Source: Oceanospirillaceae bacterium (GTDB lineage Bacteria; Pseudomonadota; Gammaproteobacteria; Pseudomonadales; Balneatricaceae). From it: DNA of 64,000 bases. Each line of letters begins with the position of its first letter. The stretch's first letter is position 1. The notes beneath the pieces were generated by a model. It saw nothing but the letters and a program-made list of their open reading frames with translations, was not told the origin of the DNA and did no database searches. The position numbers were made by a program, and so were the translations under genes. Where the stretch lies: contig JABSRB010000020.1 in the NCBI GenBank assembly GCA_013215375.1, positions 11,053 to 75,052 of the forward strand, read 5' to 3'. Of this stretch, positions 9,650 through 20,009 are shown piece by piece.

Positions 9650-10776
9650 AAATCGAAATCATCAAAATCACCCTCTTCAAGAGAGCTGTCTATCTGACCT
9701 ACTAAGTAGGAGCTGATTTCAGACTCTTGCGGGGCCACTTGAACGTTATCACTACTGAGCCATGCATTCATCCACGGAAGCGGATTGGGACGCGCAGGGA
9801 AGATCTCATCAAAGCCTACGGCCTTTAGCCGTACATTGGTGATGTACTCAACGTAGTCGCTTAGTATTCTGGCGTTTAAGCCGATCATAGAACCTTCACG
9901 GAACAGATAATCAGCCCACTCCTTTTCCTGCTCAGCCGCCTCTGCAAACAACGCGATCGCCTCTACTTTACAAGCTTTAGCGACTTCCTTGAACTCTGCA
10001 TCATCACTGCCCGAAGCCAGCGTGTTGAGAATATTTTGGGTCCCGGTTAAATGCAGCGCTTCATCGCGGGCGATCAGCTTAATAATTTTCGCATTGCCCT
10101 CCATAATGGCGCGCTCGGCAAACGCAAACGAGCAGGCAAAACTCACGTAGAAACGAATCGCCTCCAATACATTGACCGATACCATGGTCAAATACACTTT
10201 GCACTTCAAATTCCACAACGTGCAATCATACTCCACGCCGTTAATGTTATGTTTGCCATAACCATGAACATTTTGCACACTCACTAAATGAATCAATTCA
10301 TCATACAGCCTAGTAACTGACTGGGCACGCTTGGTTATTTCAGGATTAGTGACTATCTCATCAAAGATCACCGAGGGATCGTTGACAATATTACGAATAA
10401 TATGTGTATAAGATCTTGAATGTACTGTCTCACTAAACGCCCAAGTCTCAAGCCAGGTTTCTAGCTCTGGAATAGAGACGATGGGCAAAAACGCTACGTT
10501 TGGCGAGCGCCCCTGCACTGAATCTAACAGCGTCTGGTACTTGAGGTTACTGAGGAATATATGCTTTTCATGCTCTGGCATACCGATAAAATCTTTTCTG
10601 TCAGTCGACAGATCCACCTCTTCAGGACGCCAAAAGAAAGACAACTGCTTTTCTATTAACTTTTCAAAAATGGGGTATTTTTGTCGATCGTAGCGAGCAA
10701 CGTTAACATTTTGCCCGAAAAACATCGGTTCTTTAGTAGAGTCGAACTGGTTTGCATTGAAAGTGGTGTATGCCAT
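9646..10776 (-). CDS. nrdB: Ribonucleotide-diphosphate reductase class Ia beta subunit
   Basis: 376 aa. Di-iron/tyrosyl radical motifs are present ([20 protein letters not shown]). The acidic C-terminal tail (DDFDF) is as in E. coli NrdB. Confidence 0.95.
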   Translation of the reverse strand: MAYTTFNANQFDSTKEPMFFGQNVNVARYDRQKYPIFEKLIEKQLSFFWRPEEVDLSTDRKDFIGMPEHEKHIFLSNLKYQTLLDSVQGRSPNVAFLPIVSIPELETWLETWAFSETVHSRSYTHIIRNIVNDPSVIFDEIVTNPEITKRAQSVTRLYDELIHLVSVQNVHGYGKHNINGVEYDCTLWNLKCKVYLTMVSVNVLEAIRFYVSFACSFAFAERAIMEGNAKIIKLIARDEALHLTGTQNILNTLASGSDDAEFKEVAKACKVEAIALFAEAAEQEKEWADYLFREGSMIGLNARILSDYVEYITNVRLKAVGFDEIFPARPNPLPWMNAWLSSDNVQVAPQESEISSYLVGQIDSSLEEGDFDDFDF

Positions 10777-10856
10777 GGTTGCTGCCGAAAATCGTTAGTA
10801 AAGGAGGTATATTAAAGTGCAATCAAGAAAAAAGCCCGGAAATTCCGGGCTTAATA

Positions 10857-13127
10857 TCATAATTTACAAGCGGTGCAATCTTCTTCTGCGGTTACCTCAG
10901 AGTGGTCTTCAGAGGCGCCGTCACGGGTGTTGTGATAGTAAAGTGTCTTAACACCGTACTTGTAGGCGGTTAACAAGTCTTTTAGCAACTGCTTCATCGG
11001 CACCTTATCCCCTGGAAACTTAGTCGGGTCGTAGTTGGTGTTCGCTGAAATCGCCTGATCGACAAACTTTTGCATAATACCCACTAACTGCAGATAACCT
11101 TCGTTATTAGGCAGACTCCAGAGTAATTCATAGTTATCTTTAAGTGTCAGATACTCTGGAACGACTTGCTTTAAGATACCGTCTTTACTGGCCTTAACCG
11201 ACACAAACCCCCTAGGCGGTTCGATACCATTGGTAGAGTTAGTAATTTGCGAAGACGTTTCACAAGGCATCAAAGCCGTTAAGGTACTATTTCTCAAACC
11301 ATCTCGAACGATATCAGCACGCAATGTTTCCCAATCTAAATGTAGCGGCTCGTCGCAAAAATTATCGACATCTCGCTTATAGGTATCTATCGGTAGAACA
11401 CCTTGCGAGTACATAGTCTCGTTAAACTTAAGGCAGGGACCCGACTCTCTAGACAACTGGTTAGACGCTTTTAACAAGTGGTACTGGATAGCTTCAAACG
11501 TTCTGTGAACCAAGCCATTAGCAGAGCCATCTGAGTATTTAACGTTATTCTTCGCCAAATAATACGCCAAGTTAGTTGCACCAACACCCAGCGTACGTCG
11601 ATTTTCTGTGGCAAGCTGCGCCGCGATAATGGGATAGTTTTGATAATCCAACAAATTATCCAACGCGCGAACAATTAACTCAGACAACTCAGCAAGCTCA
11701 TCTAAGCTCTCAAGCGCTCCCAAGTTAAAGGCAGACAAAGTACAGAGCGCAATTTCGCCCTCTTCATCATTAATATGACTTAACGGCTTAGTGGGCAGCG
11801 CAATTTCTAGACATAAGTTAGACTGCCTAACCGGTGCAACTTTAGGATCAAAGGGGCTGTGGGTATTACAGTGATCAACATTTTGTATATAAATACGCCC
11901 TGTTGAGGCACGCTCTGATGCGAGCATACCAAACAATTCAGCAGCCTTGATGCGAGTTTTACGAATACTGTCATCTGCTTCATACTGCAAGTACAGACGC
12001 TCAAACTCATCCTGATCTGCAAAGAAAGCATCATAGAGGCCAGGCACTTCATGGGGACTAAACAAAGTGATGAAGCCGCCTTTTATCAGGCGCTGATACA
12101 TCAGCTTATTAAGCTGTACACCGTAATCAAGATGCCTTACCCGGTTTTCCTCAACGCCACGGTTGTTCTTAAGTACCAGCAAGGATTCTACTTCTAAGTG
12201 CCATATTGGATAAAACAACGTAGCTGCTCCACCGCGAACACCGCCTTGTGAGCAGGATTTAACAGCCGTTTGGAAATGCTTATAAAACGGGATGCATCCG
12301 GTGTGAAAAGCTTCACCACCACGAATTGGGCTACCTAACGCACGAATTCTGCCAGCGTTAATACCAATGCCCGCACGTTGCGATACATACTTAACAATGG
12401 CAGAGGAGGTTGCATTGATCGAATCTAAACTATCTCCTGTCTCAATTAAGACACAAGAACTAAATTGACGTGTAGGCGTACGCACACCGGCCATTATTGG
12501 CGTCGGTAGCGACAGCTTGAACATTGAAGTAGCATCGTAAAAACGTCGCACATAGTCTATGCGAGTATCTTTCGGATAAGAGGCAAACAAACAAGCCGCC
12601 ACTAACATGTACAAAATCTGTGGGCTTTCAAATATTTCGCCGGTGACACGGTTTTGTACCAGATACTTTCCCTCTAACTGCTTTACAGCAGCGTAAGAGA
12701 AACGCATATCACGAGAGTGATCTATATAGCTGTTTAACTGTACAAATTCTTCTTCGGTATAATCTTCGATCAAATGTTTATCATAACGCCCTTGCGCCAC
12801 CATTTTAGTGGTGTGATCAAAAAGAGTCGGAGGCTCAAATTCCCCGTATGCGCGCTTTCGAAGATGAAAGATAGCAAGACGTGCCGCCAAATACTGGTAG
12901 TCAGGGGTTTCCTCTGAAATCAAATCCGCTGCAGATTTTATTAATGTCTCATGTATATCCGCAGTTTTCATCCCTTCAAAGAATTGAATATGTGCTTTAA
13001 GTTCAACTTCAGAGGGTGAAACCTGATCTAATCCCTCGGCGGCCCAAATAACGACGCGATGGATTTTTTCAAGATCCAGTTTCTCTTGTCGACCATCCCT
13101 TTTGGTAACCATCAAATCTTGCTGCAT
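10857..13127 (-). CDS. nrdA: Ribonucleotide-diphosphate reductase class Ia alpha subunit
   Basis: Aligns by eye over almost its whole length with E. coli NrdA as remembered (LVTKRDG...KIHRV, NLCLEIALPT, C-terminal CxxCKL). The start was moved to the ATG at 13127 (MQQDLMVTKRDG) to match the E. coli N-terminus; a GGAG lies upstream. The ORF track starts 33 nt further upstream. Confidence 0.95.
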   Translation of the reverse strand: MQQDLMVTKRDGRQEKLDLEKIHRVVIWAAEGLDQVSPSEVELKAHIQFFEGMKTADIHETLIKSAADLISEETPDYQYLAARLAIFHLRKRAYGEFEPPTLFDHTTKMVAQGRYDKHLIEDYTEEEFVQLNSYIDHSRDMRFSYAAVKQLEGKYLVQNRVTGEIFESPQILYMLVAACLFASYPKDTRIDYVRRFYDATSMFKLSLPTPIMAGVRTPTRQFSSCVLIETGDSLDSINATSSAIVKYVSQRAGIGINAGRIRALGSPIRGGEAFHTGCIPFYKHFQTAVKSCSQGGVRGGAATLFYPIWHLEVESLLVLKNNRGVEENRVRHLDYGVQLNKLMYQRLIKGGFITLFSPHEVPGLYDAFFADQDEFERLYLQYEADDSIRKTRIKAAELFGMLASERASTGRIYIQNVDHCNTHSPFDPKVAPVRQSNLCLEIALPTKPLSHINDEEGEIALCTLSAFNLGALESLDELAELSELIVRALDNLLDYQNYPIIAAQLATENRRTLGVGATNLAYYLAKNNVKYSDGSANGLVHRTFEAIQYHLLKASNQLSRESGPCLKFNETMYSQGVLPIDTYKRDVDNFCDEPLHLDWETLRADIVRDGLRNSTLTALMPCETSSQITNSTNGIEPPRGFVSVKASKDGILKQVVPEYLTLKDNYELLWSLPNNEGYLQLVGIMQKFVDQAISANTNYDPTKFPGDKVPMKQLLKDLLTAYKYGVKTLYYHNTRDGASEDHSEVTAEEDCTACKL

Positions 13128-13263
13128 TGAACATTTAACTCCATCATAAATTATCGACATCCCCGTTTTGGATGAATGTTGCCTGGGGAATTTTAATCAT
13201 CTCTATTATCTATCAATTAAATCTGTCAATAGCGGTACAAAAACTTACAGTAGCTAGATTGAG

Positions 13264-13311
13264 ACACAATATATAGTGAGTAGAGATGTAATCAGACACT
13301 AAATATAGAGA
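13264..13311 (-). promoter_or_regulatory. Two NrdR boxes
   Basis: ACACAATATATAGTGA (13264-13279) and ACACTAAATATAGAGA (13296-13311) both resemble the 16-bp NrdR palindrome acaCwAtATaTwGtgt. Their starts are 32 bp apart, about 3 helical turns. Confidence 0.75.
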
Positions 13312-13329
13312 CTTCGTACTGAATTTCAA
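13302..13329 (-). promoter_or_regulatory. Candidate sigma70 promoter of nrdAB
   Basis: The minus strand reads TTGAAA, a 16-nt spacer, then TATATT. The -10 element overlaps the distal NrdR box. Confidence 0.5.
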
Positions 13330-13498
13330 CTCTTGACTTTTAACTTTTAAAGCTTGTTTGAGAGCAAAACTAACGCCAGTCCAGCGCTGGTGCGGCAGTC
13401 ACTTAAAAATATATATTTCAGTTTTTTTTTCAGTTTTTTTATTGACACTTAACCCCCGTTAAATTTTCAGAAAAAACGAAATAAACATGAAATAGTTA

Positions 13499-13535
13499 TT
13501 TACAAATGATCAGGCTATATCTATCATACGCGCCC
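13499..13535 (+). promoter_or_regulatory. Candidate promoter for tRNA-Tyr
   Basis: TTTACA, a 17-nt spacer, TATCAT, then a GC-rich discriminator (ACGCGCCC) of the kind seen in stringently controlled stable-RNA promoters. It lies ~100 nt upstream of the tRNA. Confidence 0.4.
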
Positions 13536-13630
13536 TCGACATTACGAGTTCGCAAGCCCTTATTGCCTTCGTACATCGAGAAATAAACACACAAAATACA
13601 TCAGGTTATATAAACTGTATTTGTTGTTTC

Positions 13631-13714
13631 GGTGGGGTTCCCGAGTGGCCAAAGGGATCAGACTGTAAATCTGACGCGAAAGCTTCGGTGGTTCGAATCC
13701 ACCTCCCACCACCA
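13631..13714 (+). tRNA. tyrT: tRNA-Tyr (anticodon GTA at 13665-13667)
   Basis: 84 nt. GGTGGGGTTCCCGAGTGGCCAAAGGGA...CTGTAAATC...GGTTCGAATCC...CCCACCACCA. Long variable arm, encoded CCA. Near-identical acceptor, D and anticodon arms to E. coli tRNA-Tyr as remembered. Confidence 0.95.
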
Positions 13715-13763
13715 TTTCTAAAATGGCCAAATCAAGTTATTATTAACTTATCGAGATTAGCAA

Positions 13764-13964
13764 ATGCGCCTAGCAGAAATTGAATCTATCATGCTCAATG
13801 TCGGCATTTTAGGGCTCTCGTGTTTTGTCTTCTTCATCATCTATGATCTTGCAAAAAAGTCTAAAGCCGGAAAGTTTGGCACCATCATCCTATTTACGGG
13901 ACTGGGACTTGGGTTAAGCGCCTTTTTAGTCAAATCAATTGTCGTCGCCTTTATTGAGCCTTGA
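13764..13964 (+). CDS. Small two-TM membrane protein (DUF2788-like)
   Basis: 66 aa with two hydrophobic helices separated by KKSKAGKFG. The family assignment is from memory only. Confidence 0.5.
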   Translation: MRLAEIESIMLNVGILGLSCFVFFIIYDLAKKSKAGKFGTIILFTGLGLGLSAFLVKSIVVAFIEP

Positions 13965-13974
13965 ATTCCAGCGA

Positions 13975-14475
13975 CTAGCTAGCCCCCTTAAGAGACTCTG
14001 CTGATACCAGTGTTAAGGTATTTTCCTGCACATCCCAATCATATGCCTTGGCAAAACCAATCACATACCGCCCCGTTATCGGTCGCAACTCGTATACATT
14101 AAAATCTGATAACCCCTTAAGCACCGCAACAGTACCCCCATGTCTACTCAGCATCAGCTCCAAAACATTGACACTGCGCTCGCTGGTTCGCCCCAACTGA
14201 TGTACTGAGACCTGAATAACCGCCCTGCGTCTGGCATAAATATTTTTAGCACTCTCCTCAGCTTCTATAAACATCACGCTAGCGCGAGGATTCTCCTGCA
14301 TATTGCACGTATGCTGCGCTAAATCACTGAGCAATACATAAAAACTGCCATCAACCTCTACATATGGCGCAAAACTTGTTAATGGCTCACCGGAAATATC
14401 CGCGGTGGCCAGCAATAGCGAAGAAAAGCTCTGCTGGAGCGCCAGACACTCTGCTAATAACTGCTGTTGGTTCAT
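13975..14475 (-). CDS. Pyridoxamine 5'-phosphate oxidase-fold protein (HugZ/HutZ-like)
   Basis: 166 aa. The length and pattern (SLLLATAD..GEP..SFAPYV..DGSFYVLLSDLAQHT, ARRRA) are typical of the split-barrel FMN/heme-binding family. Confidence 0.5.
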   Translation of the reverse strand: MNQQQLLAECLALQQSFSSLLLATADISGEPLTSFAPYVEVDGSFYVLLSDLAQHTCNMQENPRASVMFIEAEESAKNIYARRRAVIQVSVHQLGRTSERSVNVLELMLSRHGGTVAVLKGLSDFNVYELRPITGRYVIGFAKAYDWDVQENTLTLVSAESLKGAS

Positions 14476-14672
14476 TATTTATCCTTGTTTACCAGAGACT
14501 TAACTGTCTCCCTTAACGCTAATCCAGCAACAAAAAAGCTAACATATTGCCCATGGCGACGCTTTGTATAATAAAACTTCTAAACATTTCATTTTAACTA
14601 ACTAATAAAGTATTGTTTACTATAATGAAATACATTTCTAGCTATATTAGTATAGGCATTATCTTTTTATAG

Positions 14673-15545
<873 letters not shown>

Positions 15546-15639
15546 ATCCAACATACGCTGCTGATCAGCTTGGGCAATGATCAATCTTTACTGATTATTG
15601 CCCAAGCTTTAACCCCTATAACTTGCAAGAATTGACATT

Positions 15640-17601
15640 ATGGCGCAATCCAGAGAAGAAATTTTCACAGATTTAGTGGAAGGCCAACAAATAGGTCCCG
15701 ACCATCATCGATTCCAACTTCGTGGTACGGCTCATGACTGCCCCCTTGGCCAAATATGGCAGGCAGATGATGTAAGCACCAAAACGCCCATCAATGTCAG
15801 CTTAATAATCCTCGACCCATTCTTTTTACAGAACAAAAGCTTTCTGGCTAATTTCAAGAAACAAATTGTTCGCTCAAAAGGCATTAACCATCCACATGTT
15901 GCAGATATATACGGCTACTTTATTCACAAGGGCGGCCTGTTATTTTTTGCCTTTGAACCTGTGGACGGACTGCATTTAGAAGAGTTAATTACCAGCAACG
16001 AAAGCAAGTCGCTCAACATAAAACAAATCCAGGGACTGCTCACGCAACTAACCGCTGCAGTCAATTCTTGCGCTAAACAATGGCATGCCCCTTTTTCTGG
16101 ATTAGACAGCAATTTTGTTTTTGTTAATAAAAAAGGTGGGGTTAAACTGCTACCAATCTCGATGCGGGAGTTCTTTCACGATGCGCAAGGCATGCCCGGC
16201 AACGTCTACAGCTATAAAAAATCTTGCTCACCTCAAGCGTTAGGTACCGATAAACTTGACGCCAGCTCTGATAGTTATCTTATTGCAAGCACTACACTTC
16301 GCATCCTCGGTGGCAATGAATTTTCTGAATCAGACACCCCAGAACAACGCGACGAGGTAAAGATAGATCGCCCACAAGACATTAGTGACCAGCAGTGGGA
16401 TAACTTGCAAAAAGCACTAAGTGGCGACAGCAAAAAGCGCTTTAATAGCACGGGCGACTTTATTAAAAAATTCTTCCCCGCCCAGACAGATATCAGCAAT
16501 GGCAATATTGAAGCCTTGGAAATACCAGAGAAAGAGACCAAGTCCAATACTACCAACATCAACATAAAACTGGGCAAAAAAAACATCAGCCTTAAAATAC
16601 CAAAATTTGTTATCCCCCTTTTAATCTTTCTCATTGGCTGCGCTCTGGGATTTGTATCGGGGGTGTTTTCAAGTAGCGGCACTATAGATCAGACCAAGGC
16701 TGAGCGAAACAAATGGCAAGAGCAAGCGCTAGCATTGGAAAAAGAATTAGCCATCAGCCAAACCCAGCTAGAAGAATCTAAGGCAAAAGCGAAAAACTTA
16801 GAAATCAACAACAAATCTATTCAACAACAGCTATCAGCACAGTCAGATAGTGGCGCGCAGCCCTTAAGTGTTTTTCGCGACCCACTCCCAGAGGGTAATT
16901 ACGGCCCCGACATGGTGGTGATAGCCGCGGGAGAATTCATTATGGGTAACGACGGCAGCGATGGCAATGACAACGAACAACCCGCCCATCCCGTCACTTT
17001 CTCGCATAAATTTGCCCTGAGTCGCTACGAAGTCACTTTTGCGCAATATGATTTCTTTGCCTTACAGACCGGAAGAAAACTGCCCGATGACGAGGGCTGG
17101 GGCCGCGAGCAACAACCTGTCATCAACGTAACATGGCGAGATGCCCGCGCCTACACCCGCTGGTTAGCAAAAGAGACAACCTTGAGCTATCGCCTCCCCA
17201 CTGAAGCGGAATGGGAATACGCGGCCCGCGCTGGCACCACCACTCACTACTGGTGGGGTGATGAAAGCCTTACTGGCTACTCGCATTGTACTGACTGCGG
17301 AGACCCTTTAGGCGGCAAACAACCTCTGAGTGTAGGCTCAATGAAACCCAACCCTTGGGGACTCTACGACCTCAACGGCAATGTCGACGAATGGGTTATA
17401 GATTGCTACACGCAAGATTATCAAACGGCAAAAGCAGATGGCACACCCTATCAAATTCCCGGTTGTAAAAACCGTACTATGCGCGGTGGCTCTTGGTTTG
17501 ATATCAAACGCATCACCCGCTCTAGCAGCCGCTATCGACACCCACCTGATACTAAACGCAACGCTTGGGGCTTCAGGGTTGCACTGGCTTTGAGCGAGTA
17601 G
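15640..17601 (+). CDS. Membrane protein: degenerate protein-kinase-like domain, TM helix, coiled coil, C-terminal FGE-sulfatase (SUMF1/EgtB/PvdO) domain
   Basis: The C-terminus has VTWRDARAYTRWL, YRLPTEAEWEYAARAG, NPWGLYDLNGNVDEW, RGGSW and GFRVA. The N-terminal ~200 aa look kinase-like but lack VAIK, HRDLKP and DFG motifs. TM helix IPLLIFLIGCALGFVSGVF. Confidence 0.75.
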   Translation: MAQSREEIFTDLVEGQQIGPDHHRFQLRGTAHDCPLGQIWQADDVSTKTPINVSLIILDPFFLQNKSFLANFKKQIVRSKGINHPHVADIYGYFIHKGGLLFFAFEPVDGLHLEELITSNESKSLNIKQIQGLLTQLTAAVNSCAKQWHAPFSGLDSNFVFVNKKGGVKLLPISMREFFHDAQGMPGNVYSYKKSCSPQALGTDKLDASSDSYLIASTTLRILGGNEFSESDTPEQRDEVKIDRPQDISDQQWDNLQKALSGDSKKRFNSTGDFIKKFFPAQTDISNGNIEALEIPEKETKSNTTNINIKLGKKNISLKIPKFVIPLLIFLIGCALGFVSGVFSSSGTIDQTKAERNKWQEQALALEKELAISQTQLEESKAKAKNLEINNKSIQQQLSAQSDSGAQPLSVFRDPLPEGNYGPDMVVIAAGEFIMGNDGSDGNDNEQPAHPVTFSHKFALSRYEVTFAQYDFFALQTGRKLPDDEGWGREQQPVINVTWRDARAYTRWLAKETTLSYRLPTEAEWEYAARAGTTTHYWWGDESLTGYSHCTDCGDPLGGKQPLSVGSMKPNPWGLYDLNGNVDEWVIDCYTQDYQTAKADGTPYQIPGCKNRTMRGGSWFDIKRITRSSSRYRHPPDTKRNAWGFRVALALSE

Positions 17602-17623
17602 TTAATACTTTTTGGGAGATAAG

Positions 17624-19015
17624 ATGAAATTCGTAAATTTAGTTTTAATATGTATCGCCCCTCTCTCCTCGATTGAGGCAAAAACCATCACTTTGAGCCA
17701 AACTGCGCAGCAGGACTTGGCTATTAGCTTATACCAGCATGATTTGGCCTTAATAAAAGATGTGCGCGCGCTCGGCAAGCTTACTAGCCGCGATTTGGTG
17801 AAAGTGGAAGGTGTTAGCCAGCAAATGCAGGTGCAGAGCCTACAAATCCAAGGGGCAGGTAATATTAGCTCTCAGAGCCTTAATAGACAGACGATTAGCT
17901 ATACAGGCCTAATTCGCTCCCATATTGGTCGGGAAATTACCGTTGCTAAAAGCACCGCTTCTGGCACCGAGATAAAGGCGCAGGTTAAACTACTCGGGGT
18001 TGACCAAAACAGTGTGCTCATCGAAAATCAAGGCGCTATTGAAACCATTCCCTTACATAGTGATCAATGGCGCTTAATCTTCCCAAAAAGCGAGCAACCA
18101 CTCTCTCTAGCGCCAAGCCTAACGTTTATCTCTCAAGGAAAAAACAGCACCGATGACATTCAGCTTAATTATTTAACCAATGGCCTACACTGGGAAATGG
18201 ATTATGTGCTGCAACTTAATCAAAAACGCGACACTCTACAATTAAAAGGCCTAGCATCTCTGTTTAATAACACCTCAACCTTGTTTAAAAATGCGCGTAT
18301 AAATCTCATTGCCGGGGACGTATCGGTACCAACGAATAAGATGACGGCTAAATTAACCCGATCAATGATGCAAGAGTCACGACAAGCGCTGCCTAGCACT
18401 GCGAATATCGGGGACTTAAAACAGTATCCTCTGGGTGGGCGCATCACCCTTAGCCCTCAACAGCAGACTCAAATACCACTGATACAAGCAGCAGATATTC
18501 CGGTAACCGCTAGCTATCGACATAGAGCCTACATCTCATCACGCATCAACTCATCAGTACCAAAAAATAACGCAGATAGTTACCTCTCATTTAAAAACAC
18601 TGTTAGTAACGGCTTGGGAATCCCGCTACCACGCGGTCAGGCGCGTGTCTTTAACAGCGATTTAAATAACGAGTACCAATTTACTGGAGCGAGCAACTTA
18701 CCAAACAGCAGCGCCAATCAACTCATAGAGCTAAGCACCGGCAAAGCTTTTGACCTCTCCATTACGCAGCGTCAAACCAGCCACAGCGAAGCGTTTGACG
18801 GCTCTATCATCGGTACTCAATTTATCATTAATAACAGCGCCAAGCATGCCAAGCGCTTAAGACTCAACGTGCAGTTTAACCAGCAATGGGAAATCATCAG
18901 CAGCACCTACCCTGTTAAAAACGTACACGCCGCCAACGCCATTTGGCTGCTTGAAATAGGCGCAAACAACAGCTTAGTGTTTAGTCTAAAAACGAGACTA
19001 AGACACCAAAAATAG
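17624..19015 (+). CDS. Secreted DUF4139-like protein
   Basis: ATG at 17624 preceded by GGGAGA. Signal peptide MKFVNLVLICIAPLSSIEA. The segment GLHWEMDYVL...INLIAGDV resembles DUF4139/MuiA-type proteins (from memory). The gene starts ~20 nt downstream of the FGE gene stop. Confidence 0.5.
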   Translation: MKFVNLVLICIAPLSSIEAKTITLSQTAQQDLAISLYQHDLALIKDVRALGKLTSRDLVKVEGVSQQMQVQSLQIQGAGNISSQSLNRQTISYTGLIRSHIGREITVAKSTASGTEIKAQVKLLGVDQNSVLIENQGAIETIPLHSDQWRLIFPKSEQPLSLAPSLTFISQGKNSTDDIQLNYLTNGLHWEMDYVLQLNQKRDTLQLKGLASLFNNTSTLFKNARINLIAGDVSVPTNKMTAKLTRSMMQESRQALPSTANIGDLKQYPLGGRITLSPQQQTQIPLIQAADIPVTASYRHRAYISSRINSSVPKNNADSYLSFKNTVSNGLGIPLPRGQARVFNSDLNNEYQFTGASNLPNSSANQLIELSTGKAFDLSITQRQTSHSEAFDGSIIGTQFIINNSAKHAKRLRLNVQFNQQWEIISSTYPVKNVHAANAIWLLEIGANNSLVFSLKTRLRHQK

Positions 19016-19026
19016 GCACAAGAAAC

Positions 19027-19866
19027 TTATGATGCTTTTTTATAGCCCTGTTCACTGGCTTGCGCCAAGCGCTTTAACTTAAGCTTCTCAACCAATTGCG
19101 ACACACTAATTAGCTGCACCCCGCGGTCTTTTAAGCGCGCTAAGTTGTTTTTTAAAAAATTAATACTGATCTGATGCGGATGCGCTATCAGCAGTGCATG
19201 GCCCGAGTATTTGGCCCGAGCTATCGCCTTTAGAAACTGACGTTGTATTGCACGGCGGTTAAGCTCATGATCTAGAAACACATCTCGTTGCACCCCCACC
19301 ATCCCAGCCTTTACTGCCTGTTGCCAGGCGACACTTTTAGCAGTGGTACGACTATCAATAAAAAACAAACCGCGCTCTTTCAACACATCCATCGTCCAGC
19401 GCATGGGGTCATTCAACGTTGTCAACTGACTGCCCATGTGATTATTAACACCCACAAGGTGCGGAATTGCATCAATATCTCGAAGCAACATCGCTTTAAA
19501 GTCAACTTCGCTCATATCTGAAGTCATGCCCCCTGGACCTAAAGATAGCTTGTGAATGCTTTCCATTGGCGCATGCATCAGCACATCTTTATTTAATGCC
19601 TTGGCATTTAAGGCCATTTCCTTGCTGTGTCGTGCAAAGGGCAAAAAAGCAAAACTAACCGGACCAGGAAGCGCCAATGCCTGAGTGTTAGAGAAAATAG
19701 AATGCCCCATATCGTCAATTAAAATAGCCAAATCAGCCCCATTTTCAAACGTTAAAGTTTGCTTGCCTAGAGCGGGTAATGGTGAATCTGGCAAAAAGTC
19801 TGAGGGTGCTGAAACGGCTTCTTGAGCAAAAGTCAGCAGGAATATTATTATCAATCGTTGCAGCAT
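19027..19866 (-). CDS. yibQ: Divergent polysaccharide deacetylase family protein (YibQ-like)
   Basis: Signal-peptide start MLQRLIIIFLL chosen. Motifs: LAILIDDMGH, NNHMGS, FFIDSRTT. Conserved position after envC-ctp. Confidence 0.8.
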   Translation of the reverse strand: MLQRLIIIFLLTFAQEAVSAPSDFLPDSPLPALGKQTLTFENGADLAILIDDMGHSIFSNTQALALPGPVSFAFLPFARHSKEMALNAKALNKDVLMHAPMESIHKLSLGPGGMTSDMSEVDFKAMLLRDIDAIPHLVGVNNHMGSQLTTLNDPMRWTMDVLKERGLFFIDSRTTAKSVAWQQAVKAGMVGVQRDVFLDHELNRRAIQRQFLKAIARAKYSGHALLIAHPHQISINFLKNNLARLKDRGVQLISVSQLVEKLKLKRLAQASEQGYKKAS

Positions 19867-20009
19867 TAATTTAAGGTCAGCCTGTAAAATAAAGACACAA
19901 AACTCGATCACTGAGAGTTTTTACTAAAGCGAGGAAAACGCGCTTTGGAATATAAAAAGAACGGTAAGTGGATTGCCGCTAACGACAACACACCCACATT
20001 AGGTTGTTA

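Noticed and set aside
13128-13160. N-terminal extensions in the ORF track for nrdA, grxC (24722), ntrC (28767), ntrB (29925), yibQ (19911), the DUF4139-like gene (17612), hisA (37133), both GlxA regulators (40214, 42724) and the class V enzyme (63936).
   Set aside because: Internal ATGs give N-termini that match remembered homologues and/or have better SD motifs. Several of the extensions start at TTG/GTG or run into the upstream gene or repeat.
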